Assembly (NCBI RefSeq): GCF_023055435.1
Contig: NW_025963780.1
Location: 4,030,001 to 4,094,000 of the forward strand
DNA: 64,000 nucleotides
DNA from: Haliotis rufescens
Lineage: Eukaryota
Reading direction: 5' to 3'
Under the pieces are notes generated by a model. The model saw only the letters and a program-made list of their open reading frames with translations, was not told where the DNA came from and ran no database searches. Position 1 is the first letter of the stretch. Each line of letters begins with the position of its first letter. Positions 26,333 through 37,860 of the stretch are shown piece after piece. The position numbers and the translations under genes are program-made.

Positions 26333-27190
26333 TGTAGCTTACCTGTCTATAGTGACTTATCTGTATGTAGTGCCTTACCTGTCTATAGTGGCTTACCTGT
26401 TATAGTGACTTACCTATCTATTATGGATTACCCGTCTATAGTGACTGACCTGTCTATTTTTGGCTTACTTGTCTACATTAGCTAACTTGTCTATAGTGGC
26501 TTATCTGTCTATCGTGACTAAGCTGTCTACAGTGGCTTACCTGTCTATAGTGACTGACCTTTCTATATTGGCTTACTTATCTGCAGTGGCTTACCTGCCC
26601 ATCGAGGCTATCTGTTTATAGTGGCTTACCCGTCTATCGTGGCTTACCTGTTTATAGTGACTGATCAGTCTATATTGGCTTACTTATCTATAGTGGCTTA
26701 CCTGCCCATCGAGGCTTACCTGTTTATAGTGGCTTACATGTCTACAGTGGCTTACTTATCTGCAGTGGCTTACCTGCCCATCGAGGCTTATCTGTTTATA
26801 GTGGCTTATCTGTCTATCGTGGCTCACCTGTTTATAGTGACTGACCTGTCTATATTGGCTTACTTATCTATAGTGGCTTACCTGCCCATCGAGGCTTACC
26901 TGTTTATAGTGGCTTACATGTCTACAGTGGCTTACCTGTCTATAGTGACTGACCTGTCTATATTGGCTTACCCGTCTATCGTGGCTTACCTGTCTATCGT
27001 GGCTTACTTGTGTATTGTGGCTTACCCGTCTATCGTGTCTTACCTGTCTATAGTGACTGACCTGTCTATATTGGCTTACTTATCTACAGTGGCTTACCCG
27101 TCTATCGTGGCTTACCTGTCTATCGTGGCTTACTTGTGTACTGTGGCTTACCCGTCTATCGTGTCTTACCTGTCTATCGTGGCTTACCTG
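26333..27190. repeat. 18-bp minisatellite, about 47 copies, abutting the exon-1 donor of the dermatopontin-like gene
   Basis: Plus-strand unit agtggcttacctgtctat; on the gene strand atagacagGTAAGccact. Confidence 0.95.
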
Positions 27191-27410
27191 TCCATTCACA
27201 GTTGCTCATATTGGTACTGGTGTATGGCGGGGCTCTACACGAGAAATCCCACACTCGGTCCTCAAAGTGGTTGTCATGGCTACTGACCACATGCGACAAT
27301 GAGGTTTCAGGGGGACATGTGAAGTTGAACGCCTGATCGAATTGGTTAACCCAGGCCGTCACGTGACAGACCAGAGCCCAGAGGATGATCTTGAGTGAAG
27401 AATACAACAT
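27188..27410 (-). CDS. Dermatopontin / hemagglutinin-amebocyte aggregation factor-like gene, coding exon 1 (signal peptide plus first repeat)
   Basis: ATG at 27410; MLYSSLKIILWALVCHVTA-WVNQFDQAFNFTCP...SSHDNHFEDRVWDFSC is typical of the dermatopontin family. Phase-1 donor ACAG|GTAAGC at 27188/27187. Confidence 0.9.
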
Positions 27411-27581
27411 AGTTACTTCATCGTTGTTGTTTTAGGGACCGACTATTCAATATTCTCGAGGTGAGGTCGGGGGTAGGTTTTGTATCGAGTTTAAATATTT
27501 TAGCTACAACTAAAAAAACAGATTTTTTGGCATTTAAAAACATGAACTTGATATTTTTAAAGAGAAACACATTGCAATAAA

Positions 27582-27851
27582 ACCCATGAAGATTCCGGGG
27601 TAGCCGAATAGGTCTTCAGCAACCCAAACTTGCCGTAAAAGGCGACTATGTTTGTCGTAAAAGGCGACTAACGGGATCGGGTGGTCAGGCTCGCTGACGT
27701 GGTTGATACATGTCATCGATCCTAATTGCGTGGATCGATGCTCATGGTGTCAATCACTGGATTGTCTGGTCCAGACTCGATTATTTACAGACCGCCGTCA
27801 TATAGCTAGAATATTGCTGAGTGCGGCGTTAAACAACAAACCAACCAACCA
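27582..27851 (+). mobile_element. SINE-like family B with TSD
   Basis: Flanked by the direct repeat acattgcaataaa. Confidence 0.88.
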
Positions 27852-28348
27852 ACATTGCAATAAATGTCATTTTTGTCCACCACCCACCACAACCTCAGAA
27901 TGCCAAATGGTCGGTCCATTAGTATGTTTCAATTCTTTCGAACAAGAATATCTCCGGGCGCAAACCATGGAGGCGGTCAACGTTTCCGAGGGTTTTACTT
28001 TAATTTAACTGGTAAAACTGGTAAAACTTGACAAATGTGTCAAGCGCGCGTCCTCTCGTTCAGTGGCACCGGGTCCTGTGGATATCACAGATGCTTTGGG
28101 CTGATGACCAGTGATATTTATGAGAAAAATCTATTTACCTACCTTTCTCAACGATTCCATTACGCCTAATATCAAGTCTGTGAATACAGAACAAGTTGTC
28201 TTGCTGATAGGAGTTTATGCAATACTTCGACGTGCATATGTTACAGGTACAACATATGTTGACTTCAAATCTTATCAGTAAAAGTACTTGGTCGGATTTT
28301 TAATTTCGTACATTTTTTGAAGGGATTGCAGTGCTAGTTTGCTTTGGA

Positions 28349-29357
28349 TTATATTTCAGTTATATCATGACCTGTCTGTATATTGTGGGAGTACAGCCCA
28401 GATGAAGGTCCTACACGTTTACAACCTTGGTGTATATTTCAGTTATATCATGACCTTTCTGTATATTGTTGGAGGACAACACAGATGCAGGTCCTATATG
28501 TTTACAACCTTGGTGTATATTTCAGTTATATCATGACCTGTCAGTATATTGTTGGAGGACAGCCCAGATGCAGGTCCTACATGTTTACAACCTTGGTGTA
28601 TATTTCAGTTATATCATGACCTGTGAGTATATTGTTGGAGGACAGCCAAGATGCAGGTCATACATGTTTACAACCTTGGTGTATATTTCAGTTATATCAT
28701 GACCTGTCAGTATATTGTTGGAGGACAGCCCAGATGCAGGTCCTACATGTTTACAACCTTGGTGTATATTTCAGTTATATCACGACCTGTCTGTATATTG
28801 TTGGAGGACAGCCCAGATGCAGGTCCTACATGTTTACAACCTTGGTGTATATTTCAGTTATATCATGACCTGTCAGTATATTGTTGGAGGACAGCCCAGA
28901 TGCAGTTCCTACATGTTTACAACCTTGGTGTATATTTCAGTTATATCATTACCTGTCAGTATATTGTTGGAGGACAGCCCAGATGCAGGTCCTACATGTT
29001 TACAACCTTGGTGTATATTTCAGTTATATCATGACCTGTCAGTATATTGTTGGAGGACAGCCCAGATGCAGGTCCTACATGTTTACAACCTTGGTGTATA
29101 TTTCAGTTATATCATGACCTGTGAGTATATTGTTGGAGGACAGCCCAGATGCAGGTCCTACATGTTTACAACCTTGGTGTATATTTCAGTTATATCATGA
29201 CCTGTCTGTATATTGTTGGAGGACAACACAGAAACAGGTCCTACATGTTTACAACCTTGGTGTATATTTCAGTTATATCATGACCTGTCAGTATATTGTT
29301 GGAGGACAGCCCAGATGCAGGTCTTACTATACACGTTTACAACCTTGGTGTACATTT
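28349..29357. repeat. 83-bp tandem repeat, about 12 copies, followed by (AG)n at 29359-29420
   Basis: Unit gtatatttcagttatatcatgacctgtcagtatattgttggaggacagcccagatgcaggtcctacatgtttacaaccttggt. Confidence 0.95.
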
Positions 29358-29421
<64 letters not shown>

Positions 29422-30048
29422 ATGAGAATTTTAAAATGATTCAATGTAACAAAATCCACAAATTTCCTTTATTATGACATCAAAATATGCATTACATATG
29501 CTTCCACTGTCTGCCAACTGTCAGATATAGAACAGGTGCATGACATAAAGTATGCACAGATGAGGGGATACGTAGATGACGAAACAACACTCCGAGGTTT
29601 TGGTTCACATCGTTTAACCTGAAGCAAGCAGTGACCGAGCTTGTAAAACAGAAGGTGTCAGCACGAAGTTTTACTAGCCAGTTCACTGCCGCCCGAAGGT
29701 TTGACCATGTCAACAAAAAACGAGGAGTTTTTTATCCGACATATTAACCGTCGAAAAAACATGTATTAATATGTGTTACATATTATGCATAAAAGTGCGA
29801 TACGACAGTCTAAAGAAACACTCGTAAAATATATCTGGATAAAAATATACGCTGAATATAGTACCTTCTGACAAAGCGCATCTTCAGCCAGTCCTGTAGA
29901 CAGGAGATTGTGAGTTCGATTCCCGTCAACCATAATGAAAACATTTCGTATCTTGTCCTTGAGTTTAGAACATTAGACGTTGAAAACACAAAGTCCAACC
30001 TTCTTCTGCATCTCATCAGCTCTTACGACGATAAAGGAAAACTTCATA

Positions 30049-30224
30049 CAGTAAACTACGGTTATAACGAACTCATGGGGACTACTAATTTTAGTTCGTT
30101 ATAACCGTAGTTTGCCATAAGCATATATACATAATAACCACAGCAAATTGTCGGTAAAAAATAAGTAAGTTCGTTATATCCGTCAGTTCGTTATAAGCGT
30201 GCTCGCTATAACCGTAGTTTACTG
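30049..30224. mobile_element. Tc1/mariner-type MITE
   Basis: TIRs cagtaaactacggttataacga / tcgctataaccgtagtttactg flanked by TA on both sides. Confidence 0.85.
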
Positions 30225-30512
30225 TATGTGTGTGTGTGTCTGTGTGTGTGTGTGTAAACATTTACATTACCGTTACAAATACAAAAAGCAGCACGACATG
30301 ACAAAATGCTCTCAATAGTGAATTAGTGAATTGTTAAATTGTTGAATAGTGAGTGAGTATAGTATAGTATTTCAGTCACATCAGGGACATGGTTTCACAT
30401 GTAGTAATAACATAGGGATTCGAAACCGGGTCTTCTGCATGAATAGCGAACGCTTTACCACTAGACTACCCGCAGCCCCGGTTGGCTATGGGTATTAACT
30501 ATTTCATTCCTT

Positions 30513-30994
30513 TCAGCAGGAACTTGTTTCACACTTTTCCTCTTTTCGGACAATCTCGGTGTGGCAAACTCTTCTCTTCCGGTCCATGAAACACTCCAGG
30601 ATTCTCTGAACATCCGCCATGACGATCACCCCAAACACAAGCCCTAAGATGGTTGCCCCGGAAGCGCCCATGTAACGCGAGGATGGTCTGACGTCATACG
30701 CGCTGGTCAAGCGCCGTCGGACAGCGGACAAGTTGGATTTGATGAGAGTGAGGCTGTGGCGGTATCTCGCGATCTTCTGCTCGACGCTCAGGTTGATCTT
30801 GCCGTTGATAGGCCAGTCGCACGGGCACCAGAAGGTGCCAGGATTGTCTGTCGGGGTCGTTTCCGGGATGGTCACGTGACTTGATGACGTGAAGCCTGTT
30901 TCCGTTGGCGAAGGTAAGATTTCTAGACTGGGCGTTTGACTGGTTCGGTCGCTCTGTTGCATTGACATTTGGATACTACTGGAGGTCTCTGTGT
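30513..30994 (-). CDS. FAMeT-like-domain membrane protein, last exon: S/T-rich linker, CxC, juxtamembrane motif, TM helix, short tail
   Basis: Acceptor ttttttttaag|, in frame with the listed ORF 30513-30968. WCPCDW...LTLIKSNLSAVRRRLTSAYDVRPSSRYMG is followed by hydrophobic ASGATILGLVFGVIVMA. Spliced CDS 46+432+570+482 = 1530 nt = 509 aa plus stop. Confidence 0.82.
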
Positions 30995-32194
30995 CTTAAA
31001 AAAACAAAAAACATTTTAAAAATATTTTCATCATATTACAATACGATTCTGGTTTTATCATATAATAGGTAGGTTTCTCGGCATGATAAATCCAACGGGT
31101 AAAAACGATATCCGTTGGGGTCATATGCGGATAGAGATGCAAATATCAAAGGTCAAGTGGGGACAACTTTCAGTGTTTACAAACAAACATGGCGTCGCCC
31201 TTGTTATTCGGCGATAGAGTCAGCATTAATTGGGCCGAAATATGTTACTTTGTTTCGTTTTGTCGCTGTGTGTACATCTGACTGCACTTCTTAACGTTAT
31301 GACAGGACAGGCCGACAGTCAACAACGTCTGAACATGACTGTCACTCATTTTAGACTTTGTCTCTGGGTAACGAGTTAGTGAGTGAATGTTATTTTACTC
31401 TGCAATATTCCAGCTATACCACGACGGCCTGTAGACGAGTTGCACCAAGCATGCCAGTGTTGACAGCAGGAAGAGTGATACATGCCTTTGAGTTTCGATG
31501 AGGTTGATATCGTGATATGTGTCGCGAGATATATGGCTTTATCATATACTAGTAATGGGAATGTTTCTCGACAGGGAAAAGCCAAAGGATAAAATGGTAT
31601 TCGTTGGGGTCATATATATTAAAGATGCAAATATGAAAGGTCGGGTAGGTACTACTTTCAGTGTTTACAAACAAACATGGCGTCGCCCTTGTCAATCGGC
31701 GATCGAAGCAGATTTCACCATCGGGAATCTAGAGAAACTAGTGGGATAATTGTTATTATCATCAAAACAATTGTCAAACATAGTGAAATCAGTGTCTAAC
31801 CGGGACGTAGCTGAGGCATGCTACAAATTGGGCAAATTTGGAGATATAAATTGAGAAATAATTTAGCGAGGACATAGGCCTATACCGGGCTCAGTTTCCA
31901 TATCCGTGCGTGTGGACCTGTGTGGCCTGTGGCAATTTCCCCAGTTTAAAAAGTTGGATTTGGCCTAAATATGGCCGAATTGATATACCTTCTTAAATTT
32001 TGTCTATGTGTGTCCATCTGACGGCACCTCGTAACGTTATGACAGGAGAAGCAGACGTCTCTCAGACTAGTGTTAGAGTAGAGTAGCCCCCCTTAGATAA
32101 AGGGCAGTTACTCTAGCGGGCGGACCGACGGATAGCCGCGAAAGCAAGTTTGTCTAGGTAATTTTTAGTTATGTAGTTACGGCACTGTCTGAGG

Positions 32195-32362
32195 GAGTGA
32201 GTGAGTGAGTATAGTTTTACGCCGCTTTTAGCAATATTCCAGCAATATCACGGCGGGGGACACCAGAAATGGGCTTCACACAATGTACCCATGTCGGGAA
32301 TCGAACCCGGATCTTCGGCGTGACGAGCGAACGCTTTAACCACTAGGCTACCCGACCGCCCT
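32195..32362 (-). mobile_element. SINE family A, full length, with TSD
   Basis: Flanked by the direct repeat actgtctgag; inserted into an older element. Confidence 0.9.
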
Positions 32363-32646
32363 ACTGTCTGAGAAAAAGGTTTCTGTTGGAACTATATATT
32401 GACTGTTGTCACTGTCCGACTGACAAAGCATTGACCTTCTGATGTTTTATACATTAATGCTCAAATTCCAATTTAGGTATTGTTTACAACTGAGAAATTA
32501 GAACAGGTTTTTCGACGACAGAATTTAGGAATGAAATTATATTATAAAGAGGTTATCACGCTTGTGTGTGTTGGGCTCGCTAAACATGCTAAATACAAAG
32601 TTTATTTATATTACAGTATATCTACCATCCCAAAACACAGTAGCGT

Positions 32647-34513
32647 ATGGCAAGCCGTTTTCACATTTATTACGGAATTACAGATATCTTAAATTGTTTT
32701 AAAGATATCGGTATTTTATTTAAAGATATCAATAATGTTTTTAAGATATCAAAAAATAAATAGAGGTTATCACGCGAGTGTGTTTGGGGATGGTAAATAT
32801 CCTGCATTAGGAATAAACATTGTATTTAGCGAGCCTTGGCGAGCTAAATACATAGTGTTTATTCCTAATACAGGATATTTACCATCCCCAAACACACAAG
32901 CGTGATAACCTCTTTATCATATAATGTCATTATTTAATTCTTTGCTTGAAAATCGCTTTCCCTCTCTCACAAACATTACCGAAACATTTCCTAGAATGCG
33001 CGCATTAATATTTATTACGTCACAGGGTAGGTGATGTGTCAGTCGGACAGTGACAGTAGCCAATATAGTTCCAACTGAAATCTGTTTCTTATACAGTGGC
33101 GAAGCAACATATACGCAAAACAACAATTGTTTTTAATTGCCTTTCGCGGCAATCCGTTGGTCTGTCCGCTAGAGTAACTGCCCTTCGTCAAAGGGAAGCT
33201 ACTCTAACCCTAGTCTATGAGACGTCGCGGCCACGGTCAGACGTTGTTGACAGTCGGTCTGTCCTGTCATTACGTTAAGAAGTGCAGTCAGATGTACACA
33301 CAGCGAAAAAACGAAACAAGGTAACAATTCAAACATATTTCGGCCAAATCCAACTATTTTAATTTGTGGAGAAGGTTTCAAGCCGCAGAGGTCTACAAGC
33401 ACAGATATGGCTACTGATCCCGCTTGGCTAGGCCTCGTGCCCTCGCAAAATTGTTTCGAAATTTATATATCCAACGTTGCCAAAACTTATAAAATGCCTT
33501 AGCTACGTCACAGTTAGACACTGATTTTCAGTATATTAGACTGTTCTTTTGATAATGATAGCAATTATCCCTGTAGTTTATCCAGATTCCCGATGGTTAA
33601 TTCTGATTCGATCGCCGAATGACGAGGGCGACGCCATGTTTGTTTATAAACAGTGAAAGTAGTCCCTACTTGACCTTTGAAATTTGCATCTCTATCCGCA
33701 TATGACCCCAACGGATATCGTTTTTATCCGTTGGCTTTATCCTGCCGAGAAACCTACCCATTATATGATAATTAAAGATATCTAAATTCATTTCTAATAT
33801 CCATAATACAATTACTGATATCTTAAAATGTTACGGTGATATCAACAATTACAATCCTACAGTACATAAATATATATGAAATAAATTCAAGATATCTTAA
33901 ATTCAATTCAAGATATCATGAAATAAGTTATACATAGCCACAAATGCATTAAAGATATCTTTAATTCAATTAGAGTTATCTTTAATTCAATTCAAGATAT
34001 CATTAATTCTGACCGTTACTGATACCAAAAATCCAATTCAAGATATCATTAATAATTTTGATGATATCTTTATATCAATTATTGATATCAGTTATCTAAT
34101 TTAAGTAACATTATTAATGTAACATCTTAAATAATGGCAACAATTGAAGATATCAATAATTAATTATTGATATCTGTATTTAGTTTCAAGATATCAGGAA
34201 TTGAATTAATGACATCATAACAAAACATTACATTTTGATATCTTTAAATCATATTTTGATATCAATAATCGAATTTAAGATATCAGCAATTCTTTTCAAG
34301 ATATCAGTAATACGCTTCATAATATCCTTAATTCATTTCGTGATATCTTCAATTTTATTGCAGATATCTACAATTATCTGCATTTAAGATATCTTCAATT
34401 CCATTCAAGATATCTTCAACTCCATTCAAGATATCTTCAATTCATTTCAAGATATCTTTAAAACAATTGAAGATATCTGTAAATCCGTAATAAATGTGAA
34501 AACGGCTTGCCAT
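32647..34513. mobile_element. TIR element with about 60-bp TIRs and many internal GATATC subrepeats
   Basis: atggcaagccgttttcacatttattacggaattacagatatc... at the left is mirrored by ...gatatctgtaaatccgtaataaatgtgaaaacggcttgccat at the right. The flanking direct repeat is agtagcgt (8 bp, or 6 bp gtagcg if the TIR starts at TATGG). Confidence 0.85.
32755..33771 (-). mobile_element. Non-autonomous element with 13-bp asymmetric inverted repeats and a long terminal hairpin (HINE/Helentron- or Crypton-like)
   Basis: ttatcatataatg (32914-32926) and cattatatgataa (33759-33771), plus a hairpin of about 70-bp arms at 32762-32913; no TSD. Two older copies in the opposite orientation at about 31053-31335 and 31537-34535 (interrupted). 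Confidence 0.7.
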
Positions 34514-34572
34514 AGTAGCGTGATAACCCCCGTATACCGCTATTAAAAATCGAATGATAACAATCAAATTAC

Positions 34573-35142
34573 CAAAGACAACCAAGGAGGAAGTCTCCAT
34601 CGACGTCATCAAACTTGCTTCCGATGACGTCATCAAACTTGCTTCCGATGACGTCAGCAAACTTTCTTCCGATGACATCATCATACTTTCTTCCGATGAC
34701 GTCATCATACTTTCTTCCGAAGACGTCATTGATGTCATAACGTCAGAGGAGGAAGACTCATATGTCCCCCATATGTTACAGGTTGTCACGACAGCACACC
34801 TCAAGCCCGAAGCGTGTGAGGCATGCGCACTGCTGTACACAGGTTTTGATGATGTAGGATAGTACACAGGTTTTGATGATGTAGGATTGTATACAGGTTT
34901 TGATGATGTAGGATAGTACACAGGTGTTGATGATGTAGGATTGTACACAGGTCTTGATGATGTAGGATAGTACACAAGTTTTGATGATGTAGGATAGTAG
35001 ACAGGTTTTGATGATGTAGGATAGTACACAGGTTTTGATGTTGTAGGATACACTGGGAGGTTATACGTCACATTATTTGTTGTACATTGGTCGTATCCGT
35101 CCACGTTGTAGTCACTGTCGCCGAGAGGCTTGTGGTCGAAAT
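34573..35142 (-). CDS. FAMeT-like-domain membrane protein, exon 3: repetitive Tyr/Pro/Thr/Ser and Ser/Met/Glu stalk
   Basis: Acceptor cgtttcag|, open 570-nt frame, phases 1/1. Contains about 7 x 9-aa (K)PVYYPTSS and about 6 x 8-aa MTSSEES(M/L) units. Donor G|GTAATT. Confidence 0.78.
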
Positions 35143-35516
35143 CTGAAACGACAAGAAGCAATGTGCGAAATTTAAAAGTGGTTATAATTTCGAAGCTTCA
35201 GGTAGGCACGGGTGGCTCAGTCGTCAAAGGCACCGCATGCCTCTGTGAGGAATGTGAGCCTTAGCCTTGCCAGACTCTGCTTTCCTGGGTTCGAGTCCCA
35301 GATTCTTCAGTTTCCCAAAATGTTCAAGGCCTGCAACCTGCATCACTTTGGACTTATACCTCCGACACAAAGCGGACATGCCGTGACATAAGCGAAATAC
35401 TGTTCAAAACGGCGCTTAACAAAACTATTTCAATCACTGTAAAACAAGAAAAAAAAGAGTCAGGTCTTATTGCACTCTAAAATGTTTTAAGTGTCGCAAA
35501 CTACAACAGCACTTAC

Positions 35517-35948
35517 TGAAAACCCACACTCCCAGGTGGTCGTATCCGGTCGTTATGGCTACCTTGGTCACAGGCCCGAGGTCAGTCTCAACCTGAATGA
35601 AGGGGTTGACGCCGACCTCGAAGCCGTAGCCAGCACTGAGCGGGTTGTTCCAGCTGACCCAGAAGGTGTTGAACTTGCAACAGCTGAGGGGACTGTTCAC
35701 CACTTCCTTGATATACTCCTCATCCCGACCTCGTCTCACCCTGGACCAAGTGTTGCCCCATCCACCAATCACCAGCTCGTACTTGTAGGAATAAATTCCG
35801 GAACTTACGTCATAGAATCCAAAATGGACGTCACTGCATGCAACAATTTGGAAGGTCAAGGCGGACGTCTTGTCGACGTCTAGCCCAATAGCATTCAGGG
35901 ACTGGTACTTCTTTAACCGTGACGTCAGAACTCGTAGACACGTGCCAT
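35517..35948 (-). CDS. FAMeT-like-domain membrane protein, exon 2: farnesoic acid O-methyltransferase (Methyltransf_FA)-like domain
   Basis: Acceptor ttattccag|, open frame with TFQIVACSDVHFGF...YELVIGGWGNTWSRVRRG...PLSCCKFNTFWVSW...AITTGY...VWVF, the hallmark motifs of this domain. Donor A|GTAAGT. Confidence 0.9.
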
Positions 35949-36465
35949 CTGGAATAATAAAGTGTTTTCAATTAATTAATGTTATATCGGACTGAATCTT
36001 TGGAACATCGCGTGTCATGGCACCCATATTCAATAACATAGTTGGTAAAGCTTGTGCTATGATTGGCCCAAACATATAAGGGGCCCCAAGACGAACCTTG
36101 TTTACCCATCCAAACTCCAATGACCTTTGCTACAAAAAAAAAAGGGGACGTGCGGATTATTACTTCTTGAAGCTTCAAAGGGACCCTAGGGAGACCAGTC
36201 GTCATTTCTCTGTGAACCCTTTCGGCTTTCAACCATGCCAGACTGGGCTTGTCGTGGGTTATAGTCTCATATTCTTGAGAGTTTTACCCAAAGTGGTTAA
36301 CACAAAAGACCTGCACCACTTTGGAATTTCCTCCCACAATGAGCTGACTTGGTGTGATACAACGCAACGTTCAAAAAAGGCCAAGACCCAGAAAGACCGG
36401 CATAGAGAATTCGCCGTGAACCATTTGACAGTCATACAAAGCTTGATTCAAATCCCACAACCAAC

Positions 36466-36803
36466 GACCGCCTCCTTGGTCTAGTGGTAGAGCGTCTGCC
36501 CGGAGGGCGGAGGTCCGGGATTCGATCCCCGGCCACGTCATTCCAATGACATTAAAAGATGGTACGTGTTGTGACCCTGCCTGGCGCTTGGCCTTAGGGG
36601 CTAAAACAAGGACTGGTCGACTCAGAGTCAGTATACTGAGTGGGGTATACATGTTAAAATGCGGCATGGTATCTCAGTGGGCTAGAACTTAAAAATCGGC
36701 ATTCGTCCGGACTAGTTCAAGCAGCCACACACACGTGCATGCTCGTCGCAATATAAGTGCAATAATCTTGGACGCGACGTTAAATCCCATTTAACCTCAC
36801 CTC
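36466..36803 (+). mobile_element. SINE family D (tRNA head, Meta/MESC-like core, (CACCT)n tail, about 340 bp)
   Basis: A box tggtctagtgg, B box gattcgatccc, core ...cctgcctggcgct...aaacaaggactggtcgactcagagtcag...; TSD aatccc(a/t)caaccaa. Superfamily assignment is from recalled similarity. Reverse fragments at about 2750-3020 and 45665-45825. Confidence 0.82.
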
Positions 36804-37029
36804 GAATCCCTCAACCAATTTATAATTCAAATATAACAGTAAATCATTAACCCACTTTAACAGTGCAGAGGTCGAAATTTCACACTCTAAAACTTAAAAC
36901 TAGGCAGGAAAATAAGGGCCTTCTTGCACAAAGCGGTCTTAGCGCTAAGATGATCGTAACTCCCATACTTTACATAGGCTTACAATAGTCGTTGCGCAAA
37001 GGTCGCTTTGCGCAAGTGGGCCCAGGTGA

Positions 37030-37860
37030 ATAATAATGCATTGAATTATACATGCCCTAGAAGCAATACATTGAATTAAGCATGCTCTGGACTCAATGTA
37101 GTGAAATAGACATGCTCTAGAGGCAATGCATTGAAAGAAACATGCCCTAAAAACAATGCAGTGAAATAAATATGCTCTAGAAACAACGAACTGAAATATA
37201 CATTATCTAGAAACAATTCGTTGCAAATACAGGCTCTCGAAACAATGCCTTGAATTAGACAAGATCCAGAAAGAACGCATTCAAATACACGTCTTCTACA
37301 ACGCATGCATTGAAATATGCATGCTCATGAAAGAATACATTGAAAGTACATTCTTTAGTAAGAATGCATTGAAATAGACAAGCTCTTGTTACAATGCATT
37401 GAATTATACCGCGAACGGCGATAGTGTATTATAGAAACACGTGGAATATTATTTGTTGTAGAAATTTCCAGCAGCTTGGTAGGCTGTAAAAAAGGAGACA
37501 GGAGCATGCCTCTCGCATCTCTCACACTTTTCATGACTTCACGACCAGCTTTCGTGTGTGGATCACTCATCACCCCTGAATCCCTGCCTAGCTGGACCAC
37601 TTCTGCTGCTGGGTGAATATATTATTATCACTGACTGACCAAAGTATTTTTAATTTGATACTGACCACTGCAATCATAATATGTATTGCCATTGAATATT
37701 TGGGACATGTAACTATTGAAATATACATGTTCCAAAACAATGAAGTGAAATAGACATGCTCCAAAAACAATGCAGTGAAATAGACATGTTCTAGAACGAA
37801 TGCATTCAAATAGACATGCTGTAAATTCAATGCATTGAAATGTAATGCTCCAGGAACAAT
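37030..37860. repeat. Degenerate about 30-bp tandem repeat in two blocks (about 37030-37420 and 37715-37860)
   Basis: Unit like aatgcattgaaatagacatgctctagaaac. Confidence 0.7.

Noticed and set aside
26621-27286. 221-aa hydrophobic ORF on the plus strand
   Set aside because: Translation of the 18-bp array, antisense to a real exon and intron.
28095-28135. CTGATGA words (here and near 47477 and 47542) as possible hammerhead ribozyme cores
   Set aside because: No properly spaced stem II, GAAA and cleavage triplet could be assembled by eye.
28339-29425. Overlapping ORFs, and a possible CRISPR-like array
   Set aside because: A plain 83-bp tandem repeat with no unique spacers; eukaryotic context and no cas genes.
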